From Promethearchaeati archaeon SRVP18_Atabeyarchaeia-1 (GTDB lineage: Archaea > Asgardarchaeota > Atabeyarchaeia > Atabeyarchaeales > Atabeyarchaeaceae), in contig CP147779.1 of NCBI GenBank assembly GCA_037308085.1, forward strand, positions 2,304,001 to 2,368,000: DNA of 64,000 nt, given 5' to 3'. Shown here piece after piece: positions 29,801 to 38,848 of the stretch. The translations under genes were made by a program, and so were the position numbers. Each line of letters opens with the position of its first letter. The stretch's first letter is position 1. The notes below the pieces were generated by a model. The model saw only the letters and a list, made by a program, of their open reading frames with translations. It was not told the origin of the DNA and searched no databases.

Positions 29801-30375
29801 TTTGATTTCGCCTTATGCGTGTCGACGTGCTTCTTAATTGCGTCCGTAATCATGTTCTTCGTAACTTCGGTTTCCTGCTTGAGTTTCTCCAGCATCTCAG
29901 CGATGCTCTTCGAAGAGTTCTGCTCGTATAGCTCTATTTCACCTTTTGTTTGACCCACGCTTGATCTTGCAGTTTGCAGGGCCTCTTTCTTCCACTCCTC
30001 GCAGTTCTGGCTAACAGCTGCCAAGGTGGAATCAATAGTGCTTGTTGTGTTCGCCCCTATGTTCTTGGCAATCTTCTGAAAGTCCTTAAGAAAAGCCACG
30101 AACCCCGCATAAGGAGGTATGGCTGCATATCGGTCGACCACACTGGGGATCCGCCTGATCAACCGCTCATTTTCTAACTCAACCATCGCTTTCGATGTCA
30201 ACACGAAACCCAAACCACTCTTAGTTGAGATCTCTCCGGCTGTCATAGGACCGATGCTGAGAAGAACCCTGAGCGCATCTGTCGCCGGGTCGGAGATGCC
30301 CATTGCTTCCTTCAAGATCTGATTAAATAACACGCCTTCTTCTCCAACAGTCTTTGCCTGCGTCTCCTTTGCCAT
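26887..30375 (-). CDS. TrmB-like wHTH, ~900-aa amphipathic helical region and TrmB-type C-terminal domain
   Basis: N-terminal GPMTAGEIS..SG...L...RLI...RY.AIPP; long low-Pro helical middle; C-terminal D.EEILFAP. Confidence 0.75.
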   Translation of the reverse strand: MAKETQAKTVGEEGVLFNQILKEAMGISDPATDALRVLLSIGPMTAGEISTKSGLGFVLTSKAMVELENERLIRRIPSVVDRYAAIPPYAGFVAFLKDFQKIAKNIGANTTSTIDSTLAAVSQNCEEWKKEALQTARSSVGQTKGEIELYEQNSSKSIAEMLEKLKQETEVTKNMITDAIKKHVDTHKAKSNEAEAELASGIGNVTTKFDTAAKNYLKEATDVTSSFLESYKGGVQTFLGTVNTDLQEYKTQSRENLTLLENEIASIQGKLEEKERATIVAVKARSSETLENQRKTFGEKSLEVQSNIREVTDRFMKSASSNLSKLKSSVDETTKSFTAELTRLLAEFKEKTATSVGKWWFMYKADVNESAQLVSRSLDILVNSAIREGDKISSTAQTMVESVAAKTKPSFEELRARVEEVYSSGLANLTGAASAIKGTLSGTITSHISSCQLTTSFLESILSTIIPGCNNALGTVVSDIERNLQKMSIALGKKNDALLSGLSQKAESKVSSYFPALEKEMNGIVERILASVPSIPIAENPARVSTKKSPGAARKTSITSEVREVLKGFEKRVTDELRKYLKEEVATAHRSFEEEITGIQTDVVAAPSTNIKNARLELQKGEVVAASLLPRFADYSSSVGSFENLVLDMIDVSAKQYAGESEIARKALADLYAKQIASLTRIQKQLIESANAQHALHTKEISDLAAETHASLEAALAKHLDQLDGHIQRGKSNLQQLVVQTSKNSDGARSLIQSNVNKLVSSTFATSKEITETTTNSIRGAMAAVTGEFDNLAAALQRDLTSFSGQAMEEIKNLVEASTTRVSESKENLSGQIEQLTGKTVKELNDVSNKQINTMVDTTSTICTSLTKLTNTSLGEFKSEAAGAKERFQRVISSHLQDYEQEAFGAAGTCGYLLSRSYERYREISMVNEKNLQETMLTHQTRFENSMTNTDSTLIGYIDKNEALLKEETRKSLANLSESIDKLRKTSASVEWVLQSAWMELEKSPMFGGEKSWPVVTKVALMSHVQDMIKRTKSHIMIMLPTVSEAPLEEIPKVKKATRVTLVVGETKGDEKEMQTLAEIAKMGNVSLRASADLSCYGCSKDSEEILFAPMAQKDTELVGLVSIGEPYIELFEKILTPALLGSSYDLKESAKPQTAPKKSEK

Positions 30376-30440
30376 CCTATCATTCCACTCCTTAAGATGA
30401 CTCTTTTAGATTATTCACGAAAATGCGAATCATTGCTCAA

Positions 30441-31301
30441 TTATGAATCCGACTTCCGGAGCTTCCTAAACTCCGTCAGGAATTCCCTGTTCAGCTCCAT
30501 AAGTTTGGAGGGGACGCCAGATGATGGCGAGCTAGGAACCCTCAAGATCTTCTCCCTCACAGCCGGGGCTTCAAAGGCATTCGATGCTTCTGGCACTGGG
30601 GTCGGTCCCATTTCTACAGCGGCGGATCTTCTCCCGACTATGCCCGCATTAGTCTTCGACTGAGATGACTTCGCAGAGGAAAGCACGCTCTTCAGCTCAT
30701 CTATCATCGCTCTTCTTGTATCCGACGGACCGCCCGGCTGGCCGAATTCCCTTCTTGGACCTCTCGGTGCCGTAGTTGCGGGTTGTCCAAGGTTCGTTGC
30801 TCGCTGAGAGTCTGCTTCATGCTCAGCGCTTACTCTGCCTGGAGCCCTGGAGTCAACAGTCTTAGGTTGTGCAACTGCTTCGCTCAGCTCATTCATCATT
30901 TTCAGTCTCGCGGGAGGCTCGGAGAATGTGGGGAACTCTTGATGCCACTTTGACTGCCTCTGCTCAATCACAGACAGTTTCTCAACGTACACGTCCCTGA
31001 GTCTTTCGTAGACTTTCGGGCCGACTATTCCCTCTTTCTTAGCTTTTTCGAGTGAGTTCAACGCTGCTTCAGCTGCTGCTTTTTCCACACCTAGCTTGAA
31101 GGCCTCCTCCCACCATGGGTCAGTCGGAAGCCCGATTGTGCTTCTGCTCCTCGTAGTAGGATGAGTTGAGCCTCTGGCTCCCATTTTCTCTCGCCGTTTT
31201 ACCCTGCCTTTCCCGTCTTTCTTCTTTCCCAACTGCACCAGCCTCAGTCTTTTGCTTCGAAGGACTCGTGACAAGGACATACTCGGTGATTGAATGGACA
31301 A
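30441..31301 (-). CDS. Hypothetical protein with short coiled coil and Pro-rich disordered tail
   Basis: Long ORF co-oriented with the TrmB-like gene; G.V...Y..L...Y helix; start uncertain. Confidence 0.6.
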   Translation of the reverse strand: MSIQSPSMSLSRVLRSKRLRLVQLGKKKDGKGRVKRREKMGARGSTHPTTRSRSTIGLPTDPWWEEAFKLGVEKAAAEAALNSLEKAKKEGIVGPKVYERLRDVYVEKLSVIEQRQSKWHQEFPTFSEPPARLKMMNELSEAVAQPKTVDSRAPGRVSAEHEADSQRATNLGQPATTAPRGPRREFGQPGGPSDTRRAMIDELKSVLSSAKSSQSKTNAGIVGRRSAAVEMGPTPVPEASNAFEAPAVREKILRVPSSPSSGVPSKLMELNREFLTEFRKLRKSDS

Positions 31302-31533
31302 GCTATCGAGACCGGACAGGATGATGTGATGAATGGGCTACGGTATCACTGCCAGCCTTGCTTGGATCGGACCCCCTTGCCAATCTTCGCAGAGATCTTC
31401 GTAACCTGTCCGGTGGACACTAATCAATTTCGAGTATAACTTATATAGATGTTTCTGGCATGTTGTATCTTACCCAACAATTCCTCGCCTTTTTTTGCGA
31501 GAGCCGCAAAAGCAGGGGGATGTGTAACCTACA

Positions 31534-31953
31534 ATGTCTCAAGATGTGACATTTGCTAAGATGGTAAAGCTCTCTGATGAGCCGATAGTTCTGCCAAGCA
31601 TGTTTCAAAAGGTCTTGGGGGAAAACAAACATGCGCTAATGATCCTCGCGGTCTCCACCAAGACAATCCGGTTGATTCCCACGGCAAGCCCAGAAGTGGT
31701 GAAGGTTGGTATTGAGATCAAGCAGTTGACCCCAGAATACCTCAAGAATATGAGTGAAGCATTCGTTAAGCATGACCTGAAGGTTGTTTACTCTACTGGA
31801 TTCTGCTACAAGGGTGAAAAGTGCATTTACGAAGCATACTTTGATCCTACAGAGATCAAGATGGACGACGACAAGCTCAGGGAGATAATTCAGTCACTGG
31901 AGGGCACTACGAGGATCGAAGTCACAAGGATCAATACAGAATCTTCTTCCTAG
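31534..31953 (+). CDS. Hypothetical protein, possible ACT-like domain
   Basis: Alternating beta/alpha pattern with YSTGFC...C.YE.YF. Confidence 0.55.
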   Translation: MSQDVTFAKMVKLSDEPIVLPSMFQKVLGENKHALMILAVSTKTIRLIPTASPEVVKVGIEIKQLTPEYLKNMSEAFVKHDLKVVYSTGFCYKGEKCIYEAYFDPTEIKMDDDKLREIIQSLEGTTRIEVTRINTESSS

Positions 31954-31988
31954 TCAGGAATCAGAGACTGGAGCTTAATCAATCACTT

Positions 31989-32291
31989 GTGAAGCGTGGT
32001 TTCATGATCGTCTTGGACAGCCTTGCTACTGGGGGTTTGCGTTTGGAAGACATCGGAACCATTGATGCGACCTTAGGAGAGGTCGGAGAGGCTACGTTGC
32101 TGGCTCTAAAAGATGGGGCTAGAACTCCTGAGGAGATACGGGCATTGACGGGCCTTGTTCCAAAGTTGATTTCGGCTCGCTTGCGCGTGCTGGTTGACTT
32201 GAAGTTGGCAACAGTGGGCTCTGATGGATATCTCCTGACCGAACAAGGTCTGGAACTAGCCAAGCTTGTCGCAGAGAGAAGGAATGCATAG
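31989..32291 (+). CDS. Winged helix-turn-helix protein
   Basis: T..EI...TGL....I..RL..L....L......Y.LT..G. Confidence 0.7.
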   Translation: MKRGFMIVLDSLATGGLRLEDIGTIDATLGEVGEATLLALKDGARTPEEIRALTGLVPKLISARLRVLVDLKLATVGSDGYLLTEQGLELAKLVAERRNA

Positions 32292-32400
32292 AAGCCTCTT
32301 GTATGGGGGAGAAATCACCCCCTTCACAGAGGAAAGTCGAGGGATTTGGGTTTGGAGGACCCATTAGAACCTGTTAAGTTCTGCAAGGGAGTGGATCTGC

Positions 32401-32859
32401 GTGTCAAAGAAAGGCGCTGATGAGAAATCAGACAAGAGGGGTGGAGTTACCTATCTTCTGTGTGTAGCGATTATTGGATACGATGAGCAAAATGATAAGC
32501 CTGTGTTAAAGGCAAGCTACCCTGAATTTGATCTCAGTGAAGGCACCCTAAGCGGCGTATATTCTCTCTCATCTTTCACCGGAAACGAGCCAGGCTTCAT
32601 CTCGCTTGGGGTTGACGAAGGCGTAGTGATGAGTTATTACACTGGCGTCCTAGAGCCTATGCGCTGCCGGCCTCATTGTCTGGTTCTCTTCCTCGATAAA
32701 CCAGACAAACCCGAAAGATACAGGCAACTTCTGACTAAGCTGGGGTCTGTAGTCTTTCCCCTTCTCTGTGATAGAGACTTCAAGGAGTTTGTTAGGAAAC
32801 TCTACGAGGCGGCGTCACTGACAGGTGAACTCAGATCAAAGCGTTCCTATTACGCATGA
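32401..32859 (+). CDS. uDENN/longin-like domain protein
   Basis: AIIGYDEQNDKPVLKASYP start, with YYTG and a following hydrophobic strand. Confidence 0.5.
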   Translation: MSKKGADEKSDKRGGVTYLLCVAIIGYDEQNDKPVLKASYPEFDLSEGTLSGVYSLSSFTGNEPGFISLGVDEGVVMSYYTGVLEPMRCRPHCLVLFLDKPDKPERYRQLLTKLGSVVFPLLCDRDFKEFVRKLYEAASLTGELRSKRSYYA

Positions 32860-32994
32860 ACTGGCAGATTCAACTCTTGGGCGGCTGCGCCGTAACGGGT
32901 TTGAGCCAAGAGAAACGAAAAACTGAGGAGAGACCGAGCTGAATTCGCTCTCCACGGAGATTGCCTCAGAGAATGAGTTCAGAAGGGGGATCTG

Positions 32995-33303
32995 ATGCAA
33001 ACGACGATAAGGTTCTTCACATCCAAGCACTGTGGCTTCTGCCGAGCAGCAAAAACAATACTAGACGGAATCAAGCAGAGCTTCGGCGAGAGCATGAGGG
33101 TAGAGGAGGTAGACATTGACGAGAATCCCCGAGCCGCAATCGAAGAAGGAATACTCGCACTCCCAGTTATCATCGTAGGTTCTTGGAAGTTCGTGGGGGT
33201 TCCTGACAAGGATGACATCATGACAGCAGTACTTAATTCCTTTGGCGGCCAAACGATCACTGCTTCAGAAAACAACAGAGAGATTCTCCAGGAGGGCAGA
33301 TAG
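32995..33303 (+). CDS. Thioredoxin-fold protein, KaiB-like, directly upstream of KaiC
   Basis: CGFC active site, VDIDENP..A...GILALP, G.P. Confidence 0.8.
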   Translation: MQTTIRFFTSKHCGFCRAAKTILDGIKQSFGESMRVEEVDIDENPRAAIEEGILALPVIIVGSWKFVGVPDKDDIMTAVLNSFGGQTITASENNREILQEGR

Positions 33304-33307
33304 CACA

Positions 33308-34048
33308 ATGGATAGAACACCTTCAGGCATAACGAATCTCGACAAGCTAATAGAAGGAGGATTCCCAAAGGGGAGGACGATGCTTGTAGCAGGGGGGGCA
33401 GGGTGTGGGAAGACCATTTTCTCGTTGCAGTTCGTGTACTCGGGTGCAGTGCTTTACGATGAACCGGGGGTCTATGTCTCATTTGAGCAGCCTGTTGACG
33501 AAGTAGTTAGGGACGCGCAGAGATTCGGGTGGGACTTCGAGGAGATTCAGCGAAACAAGAAACTCGCACTCCTAGATTACTCCGCTGCGAAGACAAGAAC
33601 AACGGAGGTAGTCGTCGAGAGCCCAGAGTTCAACCTAAACCCTCTGATCAAAGCCATCGAGTTCACAGCCAAGGAAGTGGGCGCCAAGAGAGTCGTACTT
33701 GATTCCATTACTGCACTCCTCTTGCAGTTCCGGCACACGGACATTGTTCGTAGGGAACTGCAGCGTGTTAGTTCAGCTTTGAAGAGGATTGGATGCACCA
33801 CGGTCTTAACCTCGGAAGTGCCCAGAGGCCAGGTTGGATTCGGTAGGTTTGGTGTAGAGGAGTTCGTCGTAGATGGGGTAATCGTTCTCCAAGTCATTCA
33901 GAAGGGACTGCTGAGATTTAGGTGCATTGAGATAACTAAGATGAGAGGCACGAAAGCCGAGCTTGGGCTGAGAGCCTTAGGCATCACTGAAAGTGGGATG
34001 ATAGTATACCCAGAGAAGGTGTACACGATCGAGCAACTAGTCGTGTGA
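33308..34048 (+). CDS. KaiC-like (RAD55) single-domain ATPase
   Basis: PSGITNLD, GGAGCGKT, SFEQ, VLDS, VEEFVVDG, KMRG; ATG at 33308, 4 nt after the thioredoxin stop. Confidence 0.93.
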   Translation: MDRTPSGITNLDKLIEGGFPKGRTMLVAGGAGCGKTIFSLQFVYSGAVLYDEPGVYVSFEQPVDEVVRDAQRFGWDFEEIQRNKKLALLDYSAAKTRTTEVVVESPEFNLNPLIKAIEFTAKEVGAKRVVLDSITALLLQFRHTDIVRRELQRVSSALKRIGCTTVLTSEVPRGQVGFGRFGVEEFVVDGVIVLQVIQKGLLRFRCIEITKMRGTKAELGLRALGITESGMIVYPEKVYTIEQLVV

Positions 34049-34173
34049 GAATTACCGATCACTTCTAAGCTCAGGGAGGAAAGATTATTAGCAAGAATCG
34101 TCTGCTCAATGCATGTCAACAATGAGATCAAATCGAGCCACCTAAGTATCGCTAGTCGGGTGCTAATCGAAAA

Positions 34174-34713
34174 ATGCCTACTATAATCAAACTAATAATA
34201 ATGGGTCTACCGTCGTCGGGGAAGACAACGTTCGTCAAACACATATTCGAAGAGAAGGAATTCAAGGGGATCGAAGACTACAAGCCGACGTTTGGCGTAG
34301 GCATATCTCTTTACGAGTATAAGGGTTCAGAAGGCATGATGGTCTCCACGTTTGACTGTGGGGGTCAGACAAGTTTCATTGACACATATATGACTGACCA
34401 ATGGGTTCCGACCCTCTTCGGAAAAGTCGCCATATTCTTTTTCCTTGTCGACTCCTCAGCAAGAGATAACCTGGATAGTGCCGCTAAGCTCTTTCGCAAG
34501 TACTATGAGAATCTTAGGAGGAATTCAAGCGCCGCAAAGGCATATGTACTGGCATCAAAATGGGACAAGCATCAAGTCATGCTTGACGAGTTGAGTCCGT
34601 TTTTCAAAGAGATCGACATATACCCAGTATCGGTCATAGACGGATCAGCTCGGAAAGTGTTCGAAGAGATAATGCATAACCTAATAGAGGAAAGAAAAGC
34701 GCAAGCAGATTAG
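34174..34713 (+). CDS. Small Ras-superfamily GTPase, Rag/Gtr1-like; close paralog of 15006-15539
   Basis: GLPSSGKTT, FDCGGQTSFIDTY.TDQWVP, SKWD. Confidence 0.85.
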   Translation: MPTIIKLIIMGLPSSGKTTFVKHIFEEKEFKGIEDYKPTFGVGISLYEYKGSEGMMVSTFDCGGQTSFIDTYMTDQWVPTLFGKVAIFFFLVDSSARDNLDSAAKLFRKYYENLRRNSSAAKAYVLASKWDKHQVMLDELSPFFKEIDIYPVSVIDGSARKVFEEIMHNLIEERKAQAD

Positions 34714-34828
34714 GTTAGCGTCAGAAATGTCATGATTCTGGAATCAACCGCAAACGTCGACGTCGGAAGACCCGTGGAGCGGGAATGGAACGAGTCGCGG
34801 ATCGGATCCTGCGAATCATAGGATCATC

Positions 34829-36133
34829 CTATTGATTCTCGCTCAACCTGTTCTCTGCGATTCTTCTATGTTCCTTTGCAGCAACAAAGGTTGGATCCAA
34901 TTCCAAAGTCCGGTCATAACATTCAATCGCCTTCCTAAGCACACCCATTTTTGATAGGGCTTCACCCGTCCTGAACCATGCTGAAGGGAATTTCGGTCTT
35001 AGTCTTGTCACTTGGTCATAGCACTCAATGGCCTGCTCAAATCGTCCCAGTTCGTAAAGGGCAGTACCTTTGTTATTGAATGCTTCGAAATGCTCTGGAT
35101 CTATTCTGATCGCTTGGTTGTAGCATTCTATTTCCTGCTCAAACCTGCGAAGTTCATGCAGGGCAAGACCCTTATTGAACCAAGCTTCGGCGTTCCTCGA
35201 ATCCACCTCAATCGCCCGATCATAGCACCTCACGGCTTCTTCAAATCTGCCGAGGTTATAGAGAGCGACTCCTCTGCTGTTCCATGCCCAATCATGCTTC
35301 GGGTTTATTCTTAGGGCCTCATCGTAGCATGCTACCGCGTCGTCGAATCGCCCGAGTCTATAGAGAACGAGACCTCTATCGTTCCATGCGGAGAGAAGTC
35401 TCGGATTCAATCTCACCACCTCGTCGTAGCACTCAAGTGCCTCACCAAGCATGCCTCGCTTCGCCAGCGCTAGGCCCTTATTGTGCCATGCTTCAGCATC
35501 CTTTCGGTCTATTTTCGTTGCCTTGTCGTAGCATCTTATTGCCTCCTCGACGTCTCCGAGCGCAAGTAGAGCTAGACCTTTGTGGTTCCAAGCTGCAGCA
35601 TGCCCTGAATCTATTCTGATCACTTGGTTGTAGCATTCCATTTCCTGCTCAAACCTGCCAAGTTCGTGCAGGGCAAGACCCTTATTGAACCAAGCTTCGG
35701 CGTTCCTCGAATCCACCTCAATCGCCCGATCATAGCAGATCAGAGCCTCGTTGAGCCTGTTGAGATCGTGCAATTCCAGACCTTTGCCTACCCAGGCTGG
35801 GATGAGCTTCGGATTCAGTCCTAGCGCCCGACTATAGGACTCTGCTGCCTCATCGTGTCTTTTCAGGCGCCCGAGGGCGATGCCCCTGTGATACCAGACC
35901 TCAGTACTATCTGAATGTATTTTGAGAGACTGATCTAAGGATTCTAGAGCTTCACTATACATGCCAAGCTTGATCAGAGCCAGGCCCCTGCCGCTCCATG
36001 CAACAGCGGATGCTGGGTTAGCATTTATCTCCTTGTTGTAATATCCCATTGCCTCCTCGTATCTGCCAAGCTCGAAGAGCTTCACGCCCTTACTGATCCA
36101 TTCTGAGGTCTTCTGCCCAGATTGTACTGGCAC
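34829..36133 (-). CDS. Tetratricopeptide repeat protein (~12 repeats)
   Basis: Regular 34-aa AWxNKG.AL..LGR.EEA..CYD repeats. Confidence 0.92.
   Translation of the reverse strand: MPVQSGQKTSEWISKGVKLFELGRYEEAMGYYNKEINANPASAVAWSGRGLALIKLGMYSEALESLDQSLKIHSDSTEVWYHRGIALGRLKRHDEAAESYSRALGLNPKLIPAWVGKGLELHDLNRLNEALICYDRAIEVDSRNAEAWFNKGLALHELGRFEQEMECYNQVIRIDSGHAAAWNHKGLALLALGDVEEAIRCYDKATKIDRKDAEAWHNKGLALAKRGMLGEALECYDEVVRLNPRLLSAWNDRGLVLYRLGRFDDAVACYDEALRINPKHDWAWNSRGVALYNLGRFEEAVRCYDRAIEVDSRNAEAWFNKGLALHELRRFEQEIECYNQAIRIDPEHFEAFNNKGTALYELGRFEQAIECYDQVTRLRPKFPSAWFRTGEALSKMGVLRKAIECYDRTLELDPTFVAAKEHRRIAENRLSENQ
35101..35737. repeat. 127-nt direct repeat inside the TPR gene (35101-35227 and 35611-35737)
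   Basis: Four mismatches in 127 nt; offset of 510 nt equals five TPR units. Confidence 0.9.
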
Positions 36134-36297
36134 CGTTTCGAGCTCCCTCCCAGTGATCCTTACGTCTGACCTTGCTCACAATTGAGCACTCATCATCTTA
36201 AGAGTTTTGACAAGTCAAGGTTTGGAACACAGGATCTACCAACTTGGCAAGAGAGATGCAACAGTCGTTCCCTTCTAAATAGCCTGCCGCTCGAGAC

Positions 36298-37092
36298 TCA
36301 CGTATCTGAGATGCTTGAATTTATTTGGAAGAAGATCGAATCACCAAAAAACTTCCTTGCATTTCCTACGATTGTAGTTCCCACTTTCTCCGGGTCGATG
36401 TTCTTCAGATCGGCTATTTTCTCAATAACCTTCACGATGTTAGCCGGCTCGTTTCTCTCCTTTGGATCTATTCCAAGCTGCGGCGAATCCGTTTCTGTGA
36501 GAAGGTCTTCCAGCGATAGTTCTCTCACTTGTCGCTGTTTTGCTTTATTCCTATATAAGTTGGGCGCGACTGAGACAAGGTGCCCCATGTTGTCTGGTTC
36601 GCTGAACCCGTGAAGGATTATTCCGAGCTTAGGATATTCTCGCAGAATGGCTAGCGTATCCCTGGCAGCATCCCGGGAGTGGGTTATTACGGGGAGATCC
36701 AGCTCTTCCGCGAGGTTGAGCATTCTTCTGAGGAGCTTCTTCTGTCTCTCCCTTTGACTCCCCTCCTTGACCCAGTAAAAGTCTAGACCTATCTCAGAGA
36801 TGGCTACAATGCGCTTGCTCTGCTTTCTTATCCATCCGATCTCGTCCTCTATCAGAGCGTCGCTGAATCTGGCGATAAATTCGGGATGCAGGCCCAGACA
36901 GGCCTTGACATTCGGGTATTTTCCTGCCATCTCAAGTGTCTTTCTATTGCTTGGAGGATCAACGCCTGCGTTCAGTATGACGACATCACTAGCCCTCTTG
37001 ATCACTTCATCTCTGTCATCGTCGAAAGCCTGATCGTCGATATGGCAATGAACGTCAACAAGCAACCTGCGTTCGCCACTTTCGTATCTCAT
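36298..37092 (-). CDS. tatD: TatD family hydrolase
   Basis: DVHCH, GLHP, EIGLD, HSR, ETDSP. Confidence 0.92.
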   Translation of the reverse strand: MRYESGERRLLVDVHCHIDDQAFDDDRDEVIKRASDVVILNAGVDPPSNRKTLEMAGKYPNVKACLGLHPEFIARFSDALIEDEIGWIRKQSKRIVAISEIGLDFYWVKEGSQRERQKKLLRRMLNLAEELDLPVITHSRDAARDTLAILREYPKLGIILHGFSEPDNMGHLVSVAPNLYRNKAKQRQVRELSLEDLLTETDSPQLGIDPKERNEPANIVKVIEKIADLKNIDPEKVGTTIVGNARKFFGDSIFFQINSSISDT

Positions 37093-37213
37093 TTCCTCTA
37101 GACCGAAAGATGATAAGAATGAGTCCATCTTTCCAATCGAATATTAAAGCATTATTGCAGAAAAAGCAAAACAGTCCCGTTGGGGCTATTTCTCTCTCCG
37201 ATCAGAGAGAAGA

Positions 37214-38119
37214 TCAGGGTACCGCTTTGTATTTTCCTTCTTTTACCTTCTCCACATCACCCATTTCCACCAGGCGATCCAAATGCTTCTCTAGCATAAG
37301 AGTCTCAAAGAAGCGGTACATGTTGACCGGCTCATTAAACTTCTTGTATATCACTCCTTTTCCGACAAGCTCGGCTATGGATTTTTCTGCTTTGAGTAGG
37401 TCAAGTATTCTTTCTTCCCGCTGGTAGATTATGTCTATGTACTTCTCAAACATGAGGTCGATCTTGTCCTTGCCTTCAAATGGTCCGCTGTGGCTCGTAA
37501 CTACGAGTCTAGGTCTGAGCTTGTGAAGAGATTCAATTGAGCTAATGAAGTCATCAAGATCTGAGGCGGCATTTCCATACCACGGGCCAAAAGGTGTCAG
37601 GTCTATGTCTGTTGAGAAGAGTAGCTTGTTCTTCGGTTCGTAGAAACACGAATGCCCGGGAGTGTGCCCTGGGGAGGGGATTACCTGTAGAACTGTCTCT
37701 CCAAAATCAAATTCATAACTGTTTCTGAATCTCACCTTGACCTTGACTTTCTCTCTCTTGTCGAAGAGTTCTTTTTTTTCCTTTTCGAAGTAGCGGAGCA
37801 ACTCAGGGCTCTTGTTGAATCCCGTCATCTCGAGGAACTTCTCATACGAGTCTATTGCAGGCGAATCTTTGAAGGGTGCATAGAGAGAAGCATTTGGAAA
37901 GATCCAGTTTCCACGGACATGGTCAATATGATAGTGCGAGTTGATGAGGATCTTGATATCCGTTTCGCGTGCGAGTTTCTTGAGTTGGCCGGAGTTGACC
38001 CCGGTGTCCACGAGTCCCTTTACCTCATCATCAATGAAAAGAGAGCTGGAATATGGAAAGGACTTGGAGTCGTCTGGTGTTATTAGAAACAAATGCCCAG
38101 CGAGACTGACCTTTGGCAT
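37214..38119 (-). CDS. MBL-fold metallo-hydrolase with C-terminal wHTH
   Basis: SHYHIDH, PGHTPGH, STD, SH. Confidence 0.88.
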   Translation of the reverse strand: MPKVSLAGHLFLITPDDSKSFPYSSSLFIDDEVKGLVDTGVNSGQLKKLARETDIKILINSHYHIDHVRGNWIFPNASLYAPFKDSPAIDSYEKFLEMTGFNKSPELLRYFEKEKKELFDKREKVKVKVRFRNSYEFDFGETVLQVIPSPGHTPGHSCFYEPKNKLLFSTDIDLTPFGPWYGNAASDLDDFISSIESLHKLRPRLVVTSHSGPFEGKDKIDLMFEKYIDIIYQREERILDLLKAEKSIAELVGKGVIYKKFNEPVNMYRFFETLMLEKHLDRLVEMGDVEKVKEGKYKAVP

Positions 38120-38848
38120 GGCTTCCCTCCTGACCTTTCCTTCGCCGCTCCTTCCCTACTAGCTCCCCGCAGCAACAGGACAACGTTGATTAGGGATCAA
38201 CTTATGGTGACGATGATCCTCTTAACCATAACGGATAATTCAGTCACAGCAAACGATTGAAACTTTTCTTATCGGTGATGCAGCTCTCTCATAGTGGAAA
38301 TTGTGCGCGACTTCTATGCGGATGATGCAACATAGTAACATGAAGAGTTGCTCTGGCCAGTTGCCACAGCATGCGCAAAATGTGGCTAGCATTGCCGCGC
38401 AGTTGAGGACTATACGGTCTAATCAAGTATTTGAGTCTAGCGATTTTCTCGTTGAACATCACCGGCCAGATTCGCGAACTGACTCCGAGTTAGTCACTTC
38501 TTGCTCTCCCGATCGATAATTGCGTCCGGTTGACAACTGAATTTCGAGATCGTACCTCATCTGAATTTCATGCGAGATATGTCGAGAATTCTTGCGCACA
38601 ACCCGCTAACTGTGCACAACCTTCGCAAAAGATTCGTAGATGAGCTGCAGCCTTAAGAGTCCCTCGACTGTCTTGGCAACTCTTGAACGCAGCTCACCAC
38701 CACGCGGATGCCCGCTGCAAATGGTTGCCACAAGCATGGATCTCGTGCTAGAAAACAGCGTCGGATATCTCCAGAGCGAAGGTCATCCGTCCCCCTCATT
38801 GAAAGGGCGACGGACAACCTAGTCAGAGTCCAGTAACCACGTACCGCT

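Noticed and set aside
12038-34048. A true circadian KaiABC clock
   Set aside because: All KaiC-like proteins are single-domain, there is no KaiA, and the usual Ser-Thr phosphosite position reads EEF.
38160-38830. Gene-poor stretch with short ORFs
   Set aside because: No recognisable protein motif, tRNA fold or repeat; possibly decayed DNA.
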